Origin: an uncultured Actinomycetes bacterium
GTDB taxonomy: Bacteria > Actinomycetota > Thermoleophilia > RBG-16-64-13
DNA length: 64,000 nt
Direction of reading: 5' to 3'
Assembly (NCBI GenBank): GCA_963814365.1
Contig: CAWFCL010000004.1
Location: 1,504,576 to 1,568,575 of the forward strand
In this document: positions 29,686-39,504 of the stretch, one piece after another
Numbering within the stretch: position 1 is the first letter of the stretch
Layout: each line of letters opens with the position of its first letter
Notes under the pieces: generated by a model
Told to the model about the DNA's origin: nothing
Database searches by the model: none
What the model saw: only the letters and a program-made list of their open reading frames with translations
Made by a program: the position numbers and the translations under genes

Positions 29686-31891
29686 CCACCACCGACGGGA
29701 CATCGGAGCAGAGATCGATTCAGCTCTGGCCGATCCTATCCTGAAGGACGCGATGAGTCGCGCCATGGGCACCATGCTGCAGCGCCGGGCCGAAGCCTGG
29801 CCCTCCCTCGAACGCTTCGAGACCCTTCGCGAGAAGGCCACTTGCGCCAAGCAGGAAGCCCTCAGCCGGCAAGAAGAGCTACTCGACCTCTTCGAGCGCC
29901 GGGCGACTGAGGCGGGCGCGGTAGTGTACCGCGCCTCAGACGGCAAAGCCGCGACCCGTTACGTCTGCGACCTCGTCCGCCAACGGTCGATCGAGTTGGT
30001 GGTCAAGGCCAAGTCGATGACATCCGAGGAGATCCACCTGAGCCCAGCTCTGGAGACCGCTGGTGCGGCTGTGATAGAAGGCGACCTGGGCGAGCGCATC
30101 ATTCAGTTGGCGGGTGAGCATCCGAGCCATCTCGTCGTCCCTGCCATCCACAAGAGCAAGGAAGAGATTATCCGTCTGCTATCAGAGAAGATGGGCATCT
30201 CCGACCCGCCCGAAGACGCGGAGGGGCTCACCAGGCTGGTGCGAGACGATCTACGCGACAAGTTCCTGACCGCCGGGATGGGTATCACCGGGGCCAACTT
30301 CGCGATAGCGGACACGGGCTCCATCGTCCTGGTAGAAAACGAAGGCAACGCCAGTCTCGCCACTCTGCTGCCCCCTATTCACGTCGCCGTTGTGGGGCGG
30401 GAGAAGCTGATACCCCGACTGGCTGATCTCGCCACCTTCCTAGAGCTGCTGCCGCGCAGCGCCACCGGTCAGAAGCTTACGAGCTACGTGTCGCTCATCA
30501 CGGGCAGACAATCCTCTCCTCTCCTGCCCAACGATACCGGTGAAGGCGGCGCAGTCACCAAGCGTGATTTCTACGTGGTCATCTTGGACAACGGGCGCTC
30601 CGCCGCGCTGGCCGACCCTGAGTTGCGCGAGACACTGCGTTGCATCAGGTGCGGCGCCTGCTTGAACGCCTGCGCCCCGTACAACCTGGTGGGCGGGCAC
30701 GTCTACGGTTCAGACCCTTATCCTGGGGGCATCGGCTGCGCATGGACCTACTTGACCAAGGGGCACACGCCGGCCTGGGACTTCAACGGACTCTGTACCA
30801 CCTGCTCCAGGTGCACCGAGGTGTGTCCGGTGAGTATCGACATACCCTGGCTGAACACGGTCATCCGTGAGCGCAACAACAGGGAGTTCGGGCCCGGTCT
30901 CAGGCAACGCATCTTCTCGCGGACCGACGTCATGGGTAGCGCTCTGAGCGCATTCGGACCCCTAGGCGCCGCCGCTATGAAGAGCCCCCCGGCACGTCTG
31001 GCTCTCACTGGTCTGGGCATAGACCCCTTGCGCAAGATGCCTTCCTACGAACACCAGACCTTTCGCTCATGGTGGGCGAACCGATCGTCGATACGCTCTG
31101 ATGGCTCATCCTCCAGCGCCCTACCCACAGGAGGGCCCGCGCAGAGCACGAGCCACGAGCCCACACGAGTCGCGCTATTCGTCGACTGCTTCATCAACCA
31201 CAACCTGCCCCAGGTGGGAAAGGCGACGGTCGAAGTGCTTGAGGCCATCGGGGCCGACGTGGTGTTGGCACAGAACTCGTGCTGTGGCCGGGCTGCCATG
31301 AGTCAGGGTCTCTTGAAGAAACCTCGCAAGTGGGCGATCAAGAATCTGGCCGAGTTGGGAAGGCTGATCGACCGCGGCTACGAGATAGTCTTCATCGAGC
31401 CGTCATGCCTCTCGGCGGTGCGTGACGACTATTCGCGGTTGCTCGGGGCGGACTCCCCACATCAAGAGTCTCTGCGCCGCGTGCAAGAACACAGCTACGA
31501 CTTGACAGAGTACCTGGTGATGCTGGCCCAGACAGGACGTTTCGGGGCTGGACTGTTACCGCTCAGAAGAACCTATGTGGTGCACGGACACTGCCACCAG
31601 AAGAGCTTGGGGCTCGGCGCGTACCCCGCGGAGCTTCTCCGCCTGATCCCAGAGGTCACCGTGCATGAGGTCGAGGCTCTGTGTTGCGGCATGGTGGGTT
31701 CATTCGGCTACAAGAAGGAGTACTCGGAGCTGTCGAAGGCTATCGGAGAGCGCCTCTTCGAACAGATATCTCGCCACGACGGCGACGTGGTCACCTGCGG
31801 CATCTCTTGCCGATCGCAGATAGAGATGGGCACCGGCCGGCGCGTCTTACACCCGGTCGAGGTGATGGTAGAGGCACTCGGGCGCCGGTAG
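29678..31891 (+). CDS. LutB-LutA fusion: LUD domain + 2x[4Fe-4S] + two CCG cysteine-rich domains
   Basis: Intact 737-aa ORF. It contains a LUD region, ferredoxin motifs (CIRCGACLNACAP and CTTCSRCTEVCP), and a C-terminal about 240 aa with two CCG motifs (NSCCGRAAM and ALCCGMVGSFG) as in LutA/GlpC. Confidence 0.8.
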   Translation: MTSHHRRDIGAEIDSALADPILKDAMSRAMGTMLQRRAEAWPSLERFETLREKATCAKQEALSRQEELLDLFERRATEAGAVVYRASDGKAATRYVCDLVRQRSIELVVKAKSMTSEEIHLSPALETAGAAVIEGDLGERIIQLAGEHPSHLVVPAIHKSKEEIIRLLSEKMGISDPPEDAEGLTRLVRDDLRDKFLTAGMGITGANFAIADTGSIVLVENEGNASLATLLPPIHVAVVGREKLIPRLADLATFLELLPRSATGQKLTSYVSLITGRQSSPLLPNDTGEGGAVTKRDFYVVILDNGRSAALADPELRETLRCIRCGACLNACAPYNLVGGHVYGSDPYPGGIGCAWTYLTKGHTPAWDFNGLCTTCSRCTEVCPVSIDIPWLNTVIRERNNREFGPGLRQRIFSRTDVMGSALSAFGPLGAAAMKSPPARLALTGLGIDPLRKMPSYEHQTFRSWWANRSSIRSDGSSSSALPTGGPAQSTSHEPTRVALFVDCFINHNLPQVGKATVEVLEAIGADVVLAQNSCCGRAAMSQGLLKKPRKWAIKNLAELGRLIDRGYEIVFIEPSCLSAVRDDYSRLLGADSPHQESLRRVQEHSYDLTEYLVMLAQTGRFGAGLLPLRRTYVVHGHCHQKSLGLGAYPAELLRLIPEVTVHEVEALCCGMVGSFGYKKEYSELSKAIGERLFEQISRHDGDVVTCGISCRSQIEMGTGRRVLHPVEVMVEALGRR

Positions 31892-31905
31892 GCGACTGGA
31901 CACCC

Positions 31906-32883
31906 TTACGCCATCGCCTGCAGCAGGTGTTGGTGGTCCAAGTTGCCGCCGGACATCACCAGGGCGACCTTCTTGCCTGCCAGACGGTCCTTGATCTTCA
32001 GCGCGGCGGCTATCGAGGCAGCGCCTGCCCCCTCGGCCAGGTTATGGGTGGTCTCAATCGCCAGGCGGATACCCTGCAGGATCTCTTCTTCTGTCAGAAG
32101 CACCACATCAGTCACGTGGTCCTTCATGATCAAGTAGGGCAATTGAAAGACGCTGCGCGTCGCCAAGCCGTCGGCCACAGTATCAGCAGTATCAAGCCTG
32201 ACTCTCTCGCCTTGCTTCAGCGACTCATGATAGGCGGCCGCCTTCTCCGGCTGGACCCCGATGATCTCCACCCCAGGGTTGACGGACTGAGCGACCTTGA
32301 CCAACGAAGCGCAACCCGAACCGCCGCCGATGGGGCAGACGATCGCATCCACTTCCGGCAGGTCTTCGAAGATCTCCAAACCCATGGTGCCCAGACCGTT
32401 GAGTATCTCAGGCTCGCTACCCTGCTCCACGTAGTAGTAGCCGGCGCTGTCCACGAGTTCCTCGCAGTAGGACTGCGCGTCGTAGAAGTCCTTGCCGTGG
32501 ATTATTAGGTCGGCGCCGAAGCTTTCGACGATACGATTCAGTTCAGGGTTATTGCCTTCAGGCACCACCACTGTGCAAGGCACACCGAACAGCCGCCCCG
32601 CCCAGGCCACGGCCAGTCCGTGGTTACCTCGTGTGGCCACCACGACTCCCGCTTCTGACTCCTCCGGAGACATGTTCTGAAAGAAGTTCACCGCCCCCCT
32701 GATCTTGAAGGAGCCGGTGGGATTGTGGTTCTCGTGTTTGATGTGGACCTCACACCCGGCCAGACGCGACAGCTCGGAGTAGTAGGTCAGATTGGTGCGG
32801 TTGAGATAGCGGCCGATGACCGACCGCGCCTTGATGACCCCTAGGAGGTTGACTTCAGTGCTCAACTGCTCGTAGTTACGCAT
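31906..32883 (-). CDS. PLP-dependent threonine/serine ammonia-lyase-like enzyme (fold type II, no regulatory domain)
   Basis: Intact 325-aa ORF with the PLP-lysine motif (HNPTGSFKIRGA) and the glycine-rich phosphate loop (PIGGGSG). Confidence 0.85.
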   Translation of the reverse strand: MRNYEQLSTEVNLLGVIKARSVIGRYLNRTNLTYYSELSRLAGCEVHIKHENHNPTGSFKIRGAVNFFQNMSPEESEAGVVVATRGNHGLAVAWAGRLFGVPCTVVVPEGNNPELNRIVESFGADLIIHGKDFYDAQSYCEELVDSAGYYYVEQGSEPEILNGLGTMGLEIFEDLPEVDAIVCPIGGGSGCASLVKVAQSVNPGVEIIGVQPEKAAAYHESLKQGERVRLDTADTVADGLATRSVFQLPYLIMKDHVTDVVLLTEEEILQGIRLAIETTHNLAEGAGAASIAAALKIKDRLAGKKVALVMSGGNLDHQHLLQAMA

Positions 32884-32922
32884 GCTCGACCCTCCGTCCG
32901 TCGTGGGTCCGCGCGGCGGCTG

Positions 32923-33513
32923 CTAGAACCCGAACCCTTCGGGCAGCGACTCCGCCTTGGTACCAGCCGGCACCCATGAGAGGTCCAGGATGGTATAGGT
33001 GGGGTTGTAGTACTTGAAGACCGGCGCGACCTTCATGCCTATGTGCGGCTCACCTATCAGCAGGTAGCTCATCAGGATCGTGCAGACCTCTTTGAACTCT
33101 ACGTTGATGAAGCGGATAGGCTTATCCAGGGCGTTGAACGCGCCCGAGCGCTCACAAACCATGAAGGTGTGCACCGTAGCCGACTTCTTGGCCATGTCGG
33201 TCATGTCGATCACAGTACACTTGGCCAGGCAGTCGGGGCAGTAGATGCGGAAGGGCTGGAATATGGAGCCCTTGGCTTCGCACTTGGGATTGTCGCACCT
33301 GGTGGCAAGCAACTTGCCCTTGCTTAGCGATTCGAAGAAGACCGCCTCTCCGCCGTACGTGTGAACGTAGGTCAGGTCGCGTGGCTTGGTGACCCCCACT
33401 AGATTCCAGTTGTCGTCCGCATCGCGTATAGGCATGTGCTGCTCGAGACGGTGGAAGTCGCCCCGGAACTTGTAGCGGCCGTTCTTTACCTGCACTTGTC
33501 CGTATGAGCTCAT
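32923..33513 (-). CDS. DUF35-type Zn-ribbon + OB-fold protein
   Basis: Intact 196-aa ORF. It has a four-Cys ribbon (CDNPKCEA...CPDC) followed by an OB-like segment. It sits 10 nt downstream of the thiolase-fold gene. Confidence 0.75.
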   Translation of the reverse strand: MSSYGQVQVKNGRYKFRGDFHRLEQHMPIRDADDNWNLVGVTKPRDLTYVHTYGGEAVFFESLSKGKLLATRCDNPKCEAKGSIFQPFRIYCPDCLAKCTVIDMTDMAKKSATVHTFMVCERSGAFNALDKPIRFINVEFKEVCTILMSYLLIGEPHIGMKVAPVFKYYNPTYTILDLSWVPAGTKAESLPEGFGF

Positions 33514-33523
33514 ATCAGGCCTC

Positions 33524-34960
33524 TCAAGCTTCTTTGGTGAGCAGATGATCTGGGTGCATCAGGATGGTGGCGGTCACGTGCGAGCCTACTCCTGCGTGAC
33601 TGACCGAGAGGGCTCGCTTGGCGCCCTTGACCTGCAGGTCGGTCCAATCCTCAGGCTTCTGTCGGCCGAACTCCTTCCAGCGCTTCTCGTCGCCGTGTAT
33701 CTCGGCCCACCGATTCCAGAGATGAGAGGCGATCTCGAACACCTGCATGATGCCGCTCGCACCCACGGCGTGCATGCAACCGATCAGGCCTCCGGACAAG
33801 TTAGAGGGCAGGCGCCCCGGTTTTCCGGTGATCGGGTTGGTGTGATAGCAGTCGCCAGACTCGACGAAGTCGCGGCCATGTCCATAGGGCCGCAGACCGA
33901 TATCTTCGTAGGTCTGCACGTCGCTGATGGTGAAGGCGTCGTGCAGTTCGATGACGTCGAAGTCCTCCATAGGATCCACCACGCCGGCCATACGGTAGCC
34001 GTAGTAGGCCGCCATCCTGGCCGCCAGGAACCCGGTGAAACCCGGATACCGGTCGCCTCCGGGAAACTCCTTACCCAGGTTCTTGTACTGGTCGGGGGCC
34101 TCGTTGGGCAGCAGCGGTATGGCCATGTCGCGTCGGTCGGCCGGCCGCAGGGTGTGAGACCCAGCGGTCACCCAGATGCGGAGCGGCGTGTTCTTCGTGC
34201 CTTTGGTGAGCTTGATGGCCGTCTCTTCGTCGCAGAGGATCGCGCAGGCGGCGCCCACACTCATCAGGCAGGCGTCCAGCGACCGCAGCGGGTCGGCCAC
34301 CATGGGCGAGACCAGCACGTCGTCCACGGTGATCTTCATGGCACCGTGAGCAAAGGGGTTGAAGCGAGCATAGCCGTGGTGTTTTACCGATATTTCGGCA
34401 AGCGTGCGGCGGAACGAGGCCTCGGCCTTGGCGAACACCTGCCAGTACTTCTGAGCCATGACAGCGTAGTAACCGGTGTAGATCTGGCCCATCGGTGACT
34501 CCCAGTCGCGGTCGGCGGCGGAGGCGATGAGGAAGTTGCCCTCGTCGGTGGGCACCTCGTCCATGCGCTCCCAGCCCATGGCGAGCACGCAGTCGGAGTA
34601 GCCGGAGGCCACGGCCTTGGCCGCCTCCCACAGGGTCGAGCCGCCGGTGGCGCCGCCGGACTTTATGCCCACGTTGCCCAGCGGGTCCAGTCCCAAGCGG
34701 TCATGGATGACGGCCTCACCCAAGAGCTGGTCACCAAAGTGGTCGGCGAAATGACCGTAGTAGCAGGTATGGATGTACTTCTTGAGTTCAGCGGGCGTCA
34801 TGTCCAGAAGTTCCGCGGCCATGGTGAGAGCGTCCACGCACAACTCTTCCGTACGCTTCTCTGGGATCGCCCTGTCGTACTTGGACTGCCCCGCCGTGAC
34901 CAGATACACAGGCCTCATGTACTTGGGAGTCCTGAGTTGCTCCTCGCTGAACTTGATCAT
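33524..34960 (-). CDS. thiolase-fold (SCP-x-like) protein lacking the nucleophilic cysteine
   Basis: Intact 478-aa ORF. It aligns without gaps to the canonical thiolase at 61781..62965 around the nucleophile (NQCATGSEAIRGAAYAVAAG versus SGGATGGSTLWEAAKAVASG), giving Cys to Gly. The ELHDAF and GGLIGCMHAVGASG motifs are retained. Confidence 0.8.
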   Translation of the reverse strand: MIKFSEEQLRTPKYMRPVYLVTAGQSKYDRAIPEKRTEELCVDALTMAAELLDMTPAELKKYIHTCYYGHFADHFGDQLLGEAVIHDRLGLDPLGNVGIKSGGATGGSTLWEAAKAVASGYSDCVLAMGWERMDEVPTDEGNFLIASAADRDWESPMGQIYTGYYAVMAQKYWQVFAKAEASFRRTLAEISVKHHGYARFNPFAHGAMKITVDDVLVSPMVADPLRSLDACLMSVGAACAILCDEETAIKLTKGTKNTPLRIWVTAGSHTLRPADRRDMAIPLLPNEAPDQYKNLGKEFPGGDRYPGFTGFLAARMAAYYGYRMAGVVDPMEDFDVIELHDAFTISDVQTYEDIGLRPYGHGRDFVESGDCYHTNPITGKPGRLPSNLSGGLIGCMHAVGASGIMQVFEIASHLWNRWAEIHGDEKRWKEFGRQKPEDWTDLQVKGAKRALSVSHAGVGSHVTATILMHPDHLLTKEA

Positions 34961-35075
34961 GTGTCCCCTCTTGTGCCGATCGCTTTGCGCGCGAGCCGGG
35001 CCCGGCGAATAGTCAGGGTCCTATGATAATGCGCAAGTGCGCGACAGTGCCAGCGCTATGGGCATCAACCGTCGC

Positions 35076-36640
35076 TCACATCGACGCTTCTGACCCCACG
35101 CGACTCACGGAGCGGTGGGCAAGCCGCACCTCGCCCCGAGCCTGTCCGCTCAGACCGTAGCTCAAGATCATGCGGTCGGTTATCCACTCCACCGGAGCCT
35201 TGTCGTCGGTCCAGTAGTCGGACATCGGACTCGACCTGCTCCCACTGGGAGGTCAGTAGACTCGGTCAAGGGAACGAGGTCTGCGTGAGCCTCCAGACCC
35301 CGCTCGCTCAGCACCGAGAGGTCTTGCGGGCTGCGCGAAACCCAGCACCAACTGATTGAAGCGCAGCGCGGGCCACTTCATCACCAGGGGGAACTGGGTA
35401 GCCAGGGTGCCCGCGACCGACCTCGAGAGACGGTCATCTCCGGGCACGGTGGAGACGTTCAGAGCGACGATCCCGTCCGGCGCCAGCCGCTCGCGACAGA
35501 GCTTGAAGAACTCGGCTGTTGCCAGGTAGAACGGCACATAGGGCTGCCTGTAAGCATCGATGAAGATAAGGTCATATATCTTGTCGGTGGACTCAAGGTA
35601 GGGCCGCGCGTCGGCGGTGATGAGCTCCAGGTTGGGGTTGTCACCCACGCCGAAGTACTTGATGGCGATCGCATTGACCTCAGGATCTATCTCGACCCCG
35701 TCATACTGCACCTCGTGGATAGTAGACGCCGAAGGCCCTGCCGGTCGTGCCCCCTGCGTTGCCCAACATCGCCACTCGCTCCACGGGACGGTCCATCAGC
35801 GGCGGGACCGCCAGAAACATGTCCCATTCCCCGCCGGTGAGCACGGTATCCGGAGCGCCATTCCGAGTGCACAGCGTATCCCTCGTTCAGGTAGAGAGAG
35901 CGGTGGTCACCCGCCTCCACCACTCGAATGAACTGGTAGCGAGATTCTCCCTCGTAGATCAAGTCCGGCAGTCGCCTTGACCGATCCCGGCGGTATGGCG
36001 ATGAGACCGCCCAGCACCACGGCGACCACCAGCCACCGGACTCCCAGCAGACAGCGTGGCAGCGGCTGCGATGAGCGCTGCGGCTACCAGCAGCGTGCGC
36101 TGCGTGCCTATCAGGGGGATCAAGACCAGTGGAGGGCCGAAGGTGCCCACCAGACTGCCCGCGGTGGAGACGGCGAACACCCGACCTGCTGTAGAGCCGG
36201 CCTTGTCGACATCGGAGATGCCTATGCGGATGGCAAAGGGACTCACCATCCCCAAGAGGACCACCGAGGGCACGAAGAGCACCACGCAGGCGAAGAACGA
36301 GCCCAGGACCGCCCCCACGGAGGCCGAGTCGATACCGTTGATGGTGACGTTCAAGAAACGGCTTGGCGGCGAACGGGACGACTGCCGTCAGAATGGCCCC
36401 GCACAGTACCACTATGCCTAGCACGCGCTTGCTCGGATACCTGTCGGCCAACTTGCCACCCAACACGTACCCCACGGAGAGGGCGATAAGAACGAGACCG
36501 ATGATGTTGGCCCAGATCATCGTCGAAGAGCCGTAGTAGGGTGCGATGAGGCGCGAGGCACACATCTCGGTCGCCATCGACCCGGTACCGGCAAAGAAGA
36601 CCGAGCCACCCGAGCGCCCCCTTGTGCACCTTCTGTTCTA
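35076..36640 (-). pseudogene. fused membrane-domain / spermidine-synthase-like protein, heavily frameshifted
   Basis: The membrane N-terminal part lies in ORFs 35687..36577 and 35959..36354. The methyltransferase-fold part lies in 35253..35711 (GVEIDPEVNAIAIKYFG...YDLIFIDAY). The C-terminal tail TDDKAPVEWITDR ends at 35076. The 5' end is approximate. Confidence 0.62.
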
Positions 36641-36846
36641 CCTGGCGCTCCTAGTTGTCGATCGTCTGTATGCAGTTCTCATCCTGATACATTCCCACGG
36701 AAGTCAGCAAACCGTCCAGTCGCGACGCCGGGCACGTGTGCCTGGCCTCGTCTGTCCGTCGACATGCTGATATGCACAGATCACCTGGCGTCGCAGGTAT
36801 CCTTGCTTCATAGAGAGCTTGAGAGTCACCCGCAGAGAGGAGGCTA

Positions 36847-38488
36847 GTGAAGAAGGTACGCACGTGCACATCCGTGGCAATATCGCCTTCGCTGATACTC
36901 CTATGTGCTGGTGCACTGGGCGCTGGTATGCTCGGATGCGGCGGATCGAGTGACACAACGACCAGGCAGTGGCTCCGTCCACCAGCACCACCGACTTCAT
37001 CGCCGAGGCTCTCGCCTTCCCAGCGGATGACTACACTCTGTCCAGACCAAGAAGAGTCGGCACATCCGACGGCATCGTCAGCATCACGTACCGCTCTATA
37101 CGAGCACCTGACCTATGTCGCCTACCCGGTCGACGCCAACTATCAGAGTCTGGATGTCGCCGTGCCGGTCAAGGTCGACGGCACAGATATCGACGCAGCC
37201 AACGCGCCCATCCTGTTCGACATCAGGTGGATGACTATCTGGCGTCTCCTATCAGAGTCTCAGCGAACCCGATTGACCACCCAGCGTCACAAGCACTACC
37301 GTCGGGCGCCACGACCACCACGCTCGTAGACTCGTCCCGAAAGCCAGGGCACGATCGACCGGAAACTCCGACCTAGCCCTGGCGGCGGGCTACGTGGTCG
37401 TCTATCCCGGATGCCGCGGAAGCGACAACGTGTCGTCGCGAAGGCGCTTACTACGGCAAGGCCCCAGCCGCCATCGTCGACCTCAAATGCGCGGTCAAGT
37501 ACTGTGCGCTACAACGACAGGCTCATGCCCGGCGACTCGAATCGGATCAGTCTCCATGGGCGGAGGCGCCGGTGGCGCCCTCTCGGCGCTGCTGGGCGCT
37601 TCGGGCAACAGCGAACTCTACCAGCCCTACTTCGAGGAGCTCGGTGCGGCGGACGGCCAGCGACGCCATCTACGCAAGCGCCGCCTACTGTCCGACGACC
37701 GACCTGGCGCACGCCGATGGCGCCTACGAGTGGCAGTTCGGCACCACCCCTCTCGGTTCGAGTCTGGTGGACCAGGGACTCTCCGCTCAGTTGGCCAGCG
37801 GTTTCGCCGCCTATCTGACCTCGCTAGACCTGGTGGGCAGGAGCGGGTTCGGCACCTTGAACGCCGACAACTACGCGGACTATCTGATGCAGACACTACT
37901 CTGTCCCTTCGACCAAGGTCTATCTTGCTTCGCTCTCAGACAGCGAACTCCAGGACTACATGGCGAGCCACCGCTGGATCGGCTGGGATGGCAGTTCGAT
38001 CACCTTGAATTGGAGCGACTACGTCGACTAGGTCGGCAGATCGAAGGCTCTTCCGGCCTTCGACTCCTTCGACCTCTCCACTCCCGAGTGTGCGCTGTTC
38101 GGAGACTCCGACACCGATGCCCGACACTTCACGGAGTTCAGTCTCAGACAGACGGGCGAAGCCGATTCCTCCGCGATGGACCCAAATCTGGAGCCTCCCA
38201 CGCTCGACCCCGAGCCTGCAGGCCCTCGTCGACCTCATGAACCCTATGTACTTCATCGCCCAGAAGAACGGAGGGTGCGCCTATCACTGGTGGATACGTC
38301 ACAGCGCTGCCAACAACGAGACCTCATTGCCGGTCGTGGCGAACCTGGCCACCAGCTGGAGAACCTGGGCAAGGACGTGAACTTCTCCTTCTATTGGGAC
38401 GCAGGACACTGCGCGAACCAAGACCCCGTTGACTTCGTCACGTGGATAGAGTTCATCACGCACCACCGGCGGCGGCTCAGTCGCTTGA
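36847..38488 (+). pseudogene. tannase-family alpha/beta hydrolase (subtype-B/TanB-like) lipoprotein, heavily frameshifted
   Basis: It has a signal peptide with lipobox (GMLGCGGSSD). Stitched segments match my recollection of lactobacillal tannase: GYVVVYPGCRG, xGGxAGGALSALLGASGNS (nucleophile region), AYCPTTDLAHADGAYEWQF, ALPAFDSFDLSTPECALFGD, HWWIRH...NFSFYWDAGH. The 3' end is uncertain. Confidence 0.68.
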
Positions 38489-39504
38489 CCGTTCCGCGGC
38501 AGATCGGCTACCGTTCTCGCGAAGGCCTCTTGGAGCGATACCGGCGGCGCGTAGCCGAAGTCGCGATGGCCTTATCGTGCCGATAGGTGTGGTCCACGCA
38601 GGTCTGCACCACAGCGAAGCGGTTGAAGTTGGAGCGAGGTGCCACCACCTCGGCAACACAGGCCAGTCCGTAGGCCAACGTGGTAGGGTATGCGCACGCC
38701 CGGCCTGCGGGAGATCGAGCGCAGCCAGAAACGGGTCCATGAAATCGAAGAAGTTCCCCGCCGGGTAGTGATCACCGATGAAGTAGACCTGTCCCGCCAC
38801 CGCAGAACCGGGAAACAAGTGAGCCGCCGCACACACGTGGGCATGAGCGGCGTTCTCGGAGTAGACATGACTGAAGCAGGCCTTGCCGTCTCCTAGCCGC
38901 ACGCGGTTGCCCTTGCGAGCCATCTCCACGATGTTGCCCATGTGATAGCGGTCGCGCGGGCCGTACATGCCCACCGGCCTCAGGGCACACGTGGCCAACT
39001 CTGGCCCGTCCGCCGCCAGCACCAGACGCTCTGCCTCGATCTTGGTGCGAGAGTAGGCGTCCTTGGGCATGCGCTTCGGGATAGGGCAGCGACTCGTCGC
39101 CGTCCACGATGGGGCGTCGCCCGTCTACCACCACATCGATGGTGCTCGTGTACACCAGGCGACGTATGCCGAGTGCTCGGCAAGCTTCTACCACCACCTG
39201 ATTGCCCCCGACATTGACTTCTTGATAGAGCCGATCCGGACTGCGCACATCCCAGACCGCGGCCGCTGTCTGAAATACCACGTCGGCGTCCTCGCAGGCC
39301 TGCAGTACGTCGTCAGCGCGAACAGATGTCACCCAAGAGAACTTCGCATATGTCCTCAGGTGCCGGCTGCAGATCCAGGATGCGCACCTGTTTGCCCGCT
39401 GCGACCAACTGCTTGACGATCTCGAATCCCAACATCCCCGAGCCGCCCATAACGGTGCAGCGCTCGTATTCCTGCGTCCGCCGGCCGCCTCCAGAACCAG
39501 TCAT
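38477..39504 (-). pseudogene. extended SDR (NAD-dependent epimerase/dehydratase, 3beta-HSD-like), frameshifted
   Basis: It has a Rossmann motif (VMGGSGMLGFEIV) and the catalytic YSRTK. It is stitched from ORFs 39313..39504, 38772..39332 and 38477..39070, plus further shifts near 38600-38700. The start overlaps the ferredoxin stop. Confidence 0.75.
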
